DNA of 39,800 nucleotides from positions 1-39,800 of IMG/VR virus record IMGVR_UViG_3300045988_118922; one strand, 5' to 3'. Position numbers and translations under genes: made by a program. The notes beneath the pieces were generated by a model. That model did no database searches. It was not told the origin of the DNA and saw only the letters and a program-made list of their open reading frames with translations. Of the stretch, positions 39,285-39,800 are shown piece after piece (the stretch's first letter is position 1; each line of letters opens with the position of its first letter). Origin of the DNA: a virus.

Positions 39285-39800
39285 ATGGCAAAATACAGAG
39301 CGATACAAGTAGACTTTTGGGAAGATGGATTTGTATTAGATTTAACTCCAGAAGAAAAGTATTTCTATTTATATCTTCTAAGCAACTCTAGAACAACACA
39401 ATGTGGATGCTATGAGCTACCTTATAAGGTTGTAGAAATGCAAACAGGATATAACAGAGAAACAGTACAGAAATTGTTAAAAAGATTTGAAGAGTACGGA
39501 AAAACAAGTTACAACGAAGAAACAAAAGAAATCCTTATAAAAAACTGGCATAAACATAACTTTTCTAAATCTCCTAAAGTAAGAAATTGCATTTTAAAAG
39601 AAATTGAAAAGATAAAAAGTAAGAACTATAAAGATTATTTATATAGAGTATGTATAGACTATGGATACCCTATCGATACAGTATCTATAGACTATAAAAA
39701 TAGTAATAATAGTCTAAATAAAGACTTGGATAGTCTAAACATAGACTTGGGGGAAAAAGAAAAAGAAAAAGAAAAAGAAAAAGAAAAAGAAAAAGAAAAA
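39285..39800 (+). CDS. Replisome organizer, N-terminal part (Phage_rep_org_N-like). The ORF runs off the window end and continues at 2..445
   Basis: MAKYRAIQVDFWEDGFVLDLTPEEKYFYLYLLSN..TTQCGCYEL is the typical N-terminus of Firmicute phage replisome organizers. No stop before 39800. In frame with 2..445 through the overlap. Confidence 0.8.
   Translation, partial: MAKYRAIQVDFWEDGFVLDLTPEEKYFYLYLLSNSRTTQCGCYELPYKVVEMQTGYNRETVQKLLKRFEEYGKTSYNEETKEILIKNWHKHNFSKSPKVRNCILKEIEKIKSKNYKDYLYRVCIDYGYPIDTVSIDYKNSNNSLNKDLDSLNIDLGEKEKEKEKEKEKEKEK
39710..39750. repeat. Two 20-bp iterons with a 21-bp period, each containing an internal inverted repeat AGTCT-N6-AGACT
   Basis: tagtctaaataaagacttgg (39710-39729) and tagtctaaacatagacttgg (39731-39750), 18/20 identical. 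TATAGACTAT also occurs twice (39653-39662 and 39686-39695). Confidence 0.9.
39746..39800. repeat. 55-bp terminal overlap identical to positions 1-55 (circular closure or assembly overlap)
   Basis: Direct comparison of both ends: cttgggggaaaaag...gaaaaa. Confidence 0.95.

Overview
The window appears to be a complete, circularly closed genome of a temperate siphovirus-type phage from an AT-rich Firmicute (Clostridium-like). All family calls rest on motifs I recognise by eye; no searches were run. The last 55 bp (39746-39800) repeat the first 55 bp exactly, giving a unit length of about 39,745 bp, and one gene (replisome organizer) runs across the junction.

Modules in order:
- Replication and early genes (1-8.1 kb): DnaD-like organizer, DnaC-like loader, a minus-strand RHH gene divergent from an AntA antirepressor, VRR-NUC, a PAPS-reductase-like cassette, a LemA pair, YopX.
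- ArpU/RinA-like late activator (8133-8591), followed by an unusual 447-nt ORF-free region.
- Packaging: terS, then terL interrupted by an 861-nt group I intron carrying a homing-endonuclease ORF.
- Head: portal, gp7-like minor head protein, scaffold, major capsid.
- Tail: major tail protein, chaperones, 1181-aa tape measure, Dit, Tal, BppU-like fibre.
- An acyltransferase moron, then lysis genes (XhlA, holin, amidase).
- attP, integrase and the lysogeny switch (31.7-34.8 kb).
- Early genes again: KilAC antirepressor, HNH endonuclease, RecT.

Most interesting observations:
1. A hairpin-dense candidate ncRNA or leader with a tRNA-like T-arm/acceptor minihelix. It is preceded by five 11-bp phased repeats and closed by an intrinsic terminator just upstream of the late operon.
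2. A perfect LexA (Cheo) box over the promoter of a 35-aa ORF convergent on a CI-like repressor that has no autocleavage domain. There is also a P22 immI-like RHH/antirepressor pair.
3. A PAPS-reductase-like gene with a 256-nt structured leader, bracketed by perfect 35-bp direct repeats.
4. An in-frame TGA just upstream of the conserved C-terminal motif of the minor head protein.
5. Tail chaperone ORFs in +1 rather than -1 geometry.
6. Candidate origin iterons plus a (GAAAAA)9 microsatellite inside the replisome organizer gene.

No CRISPR array, reverse transcriptase, canonical tRNA or rRNA was seen.
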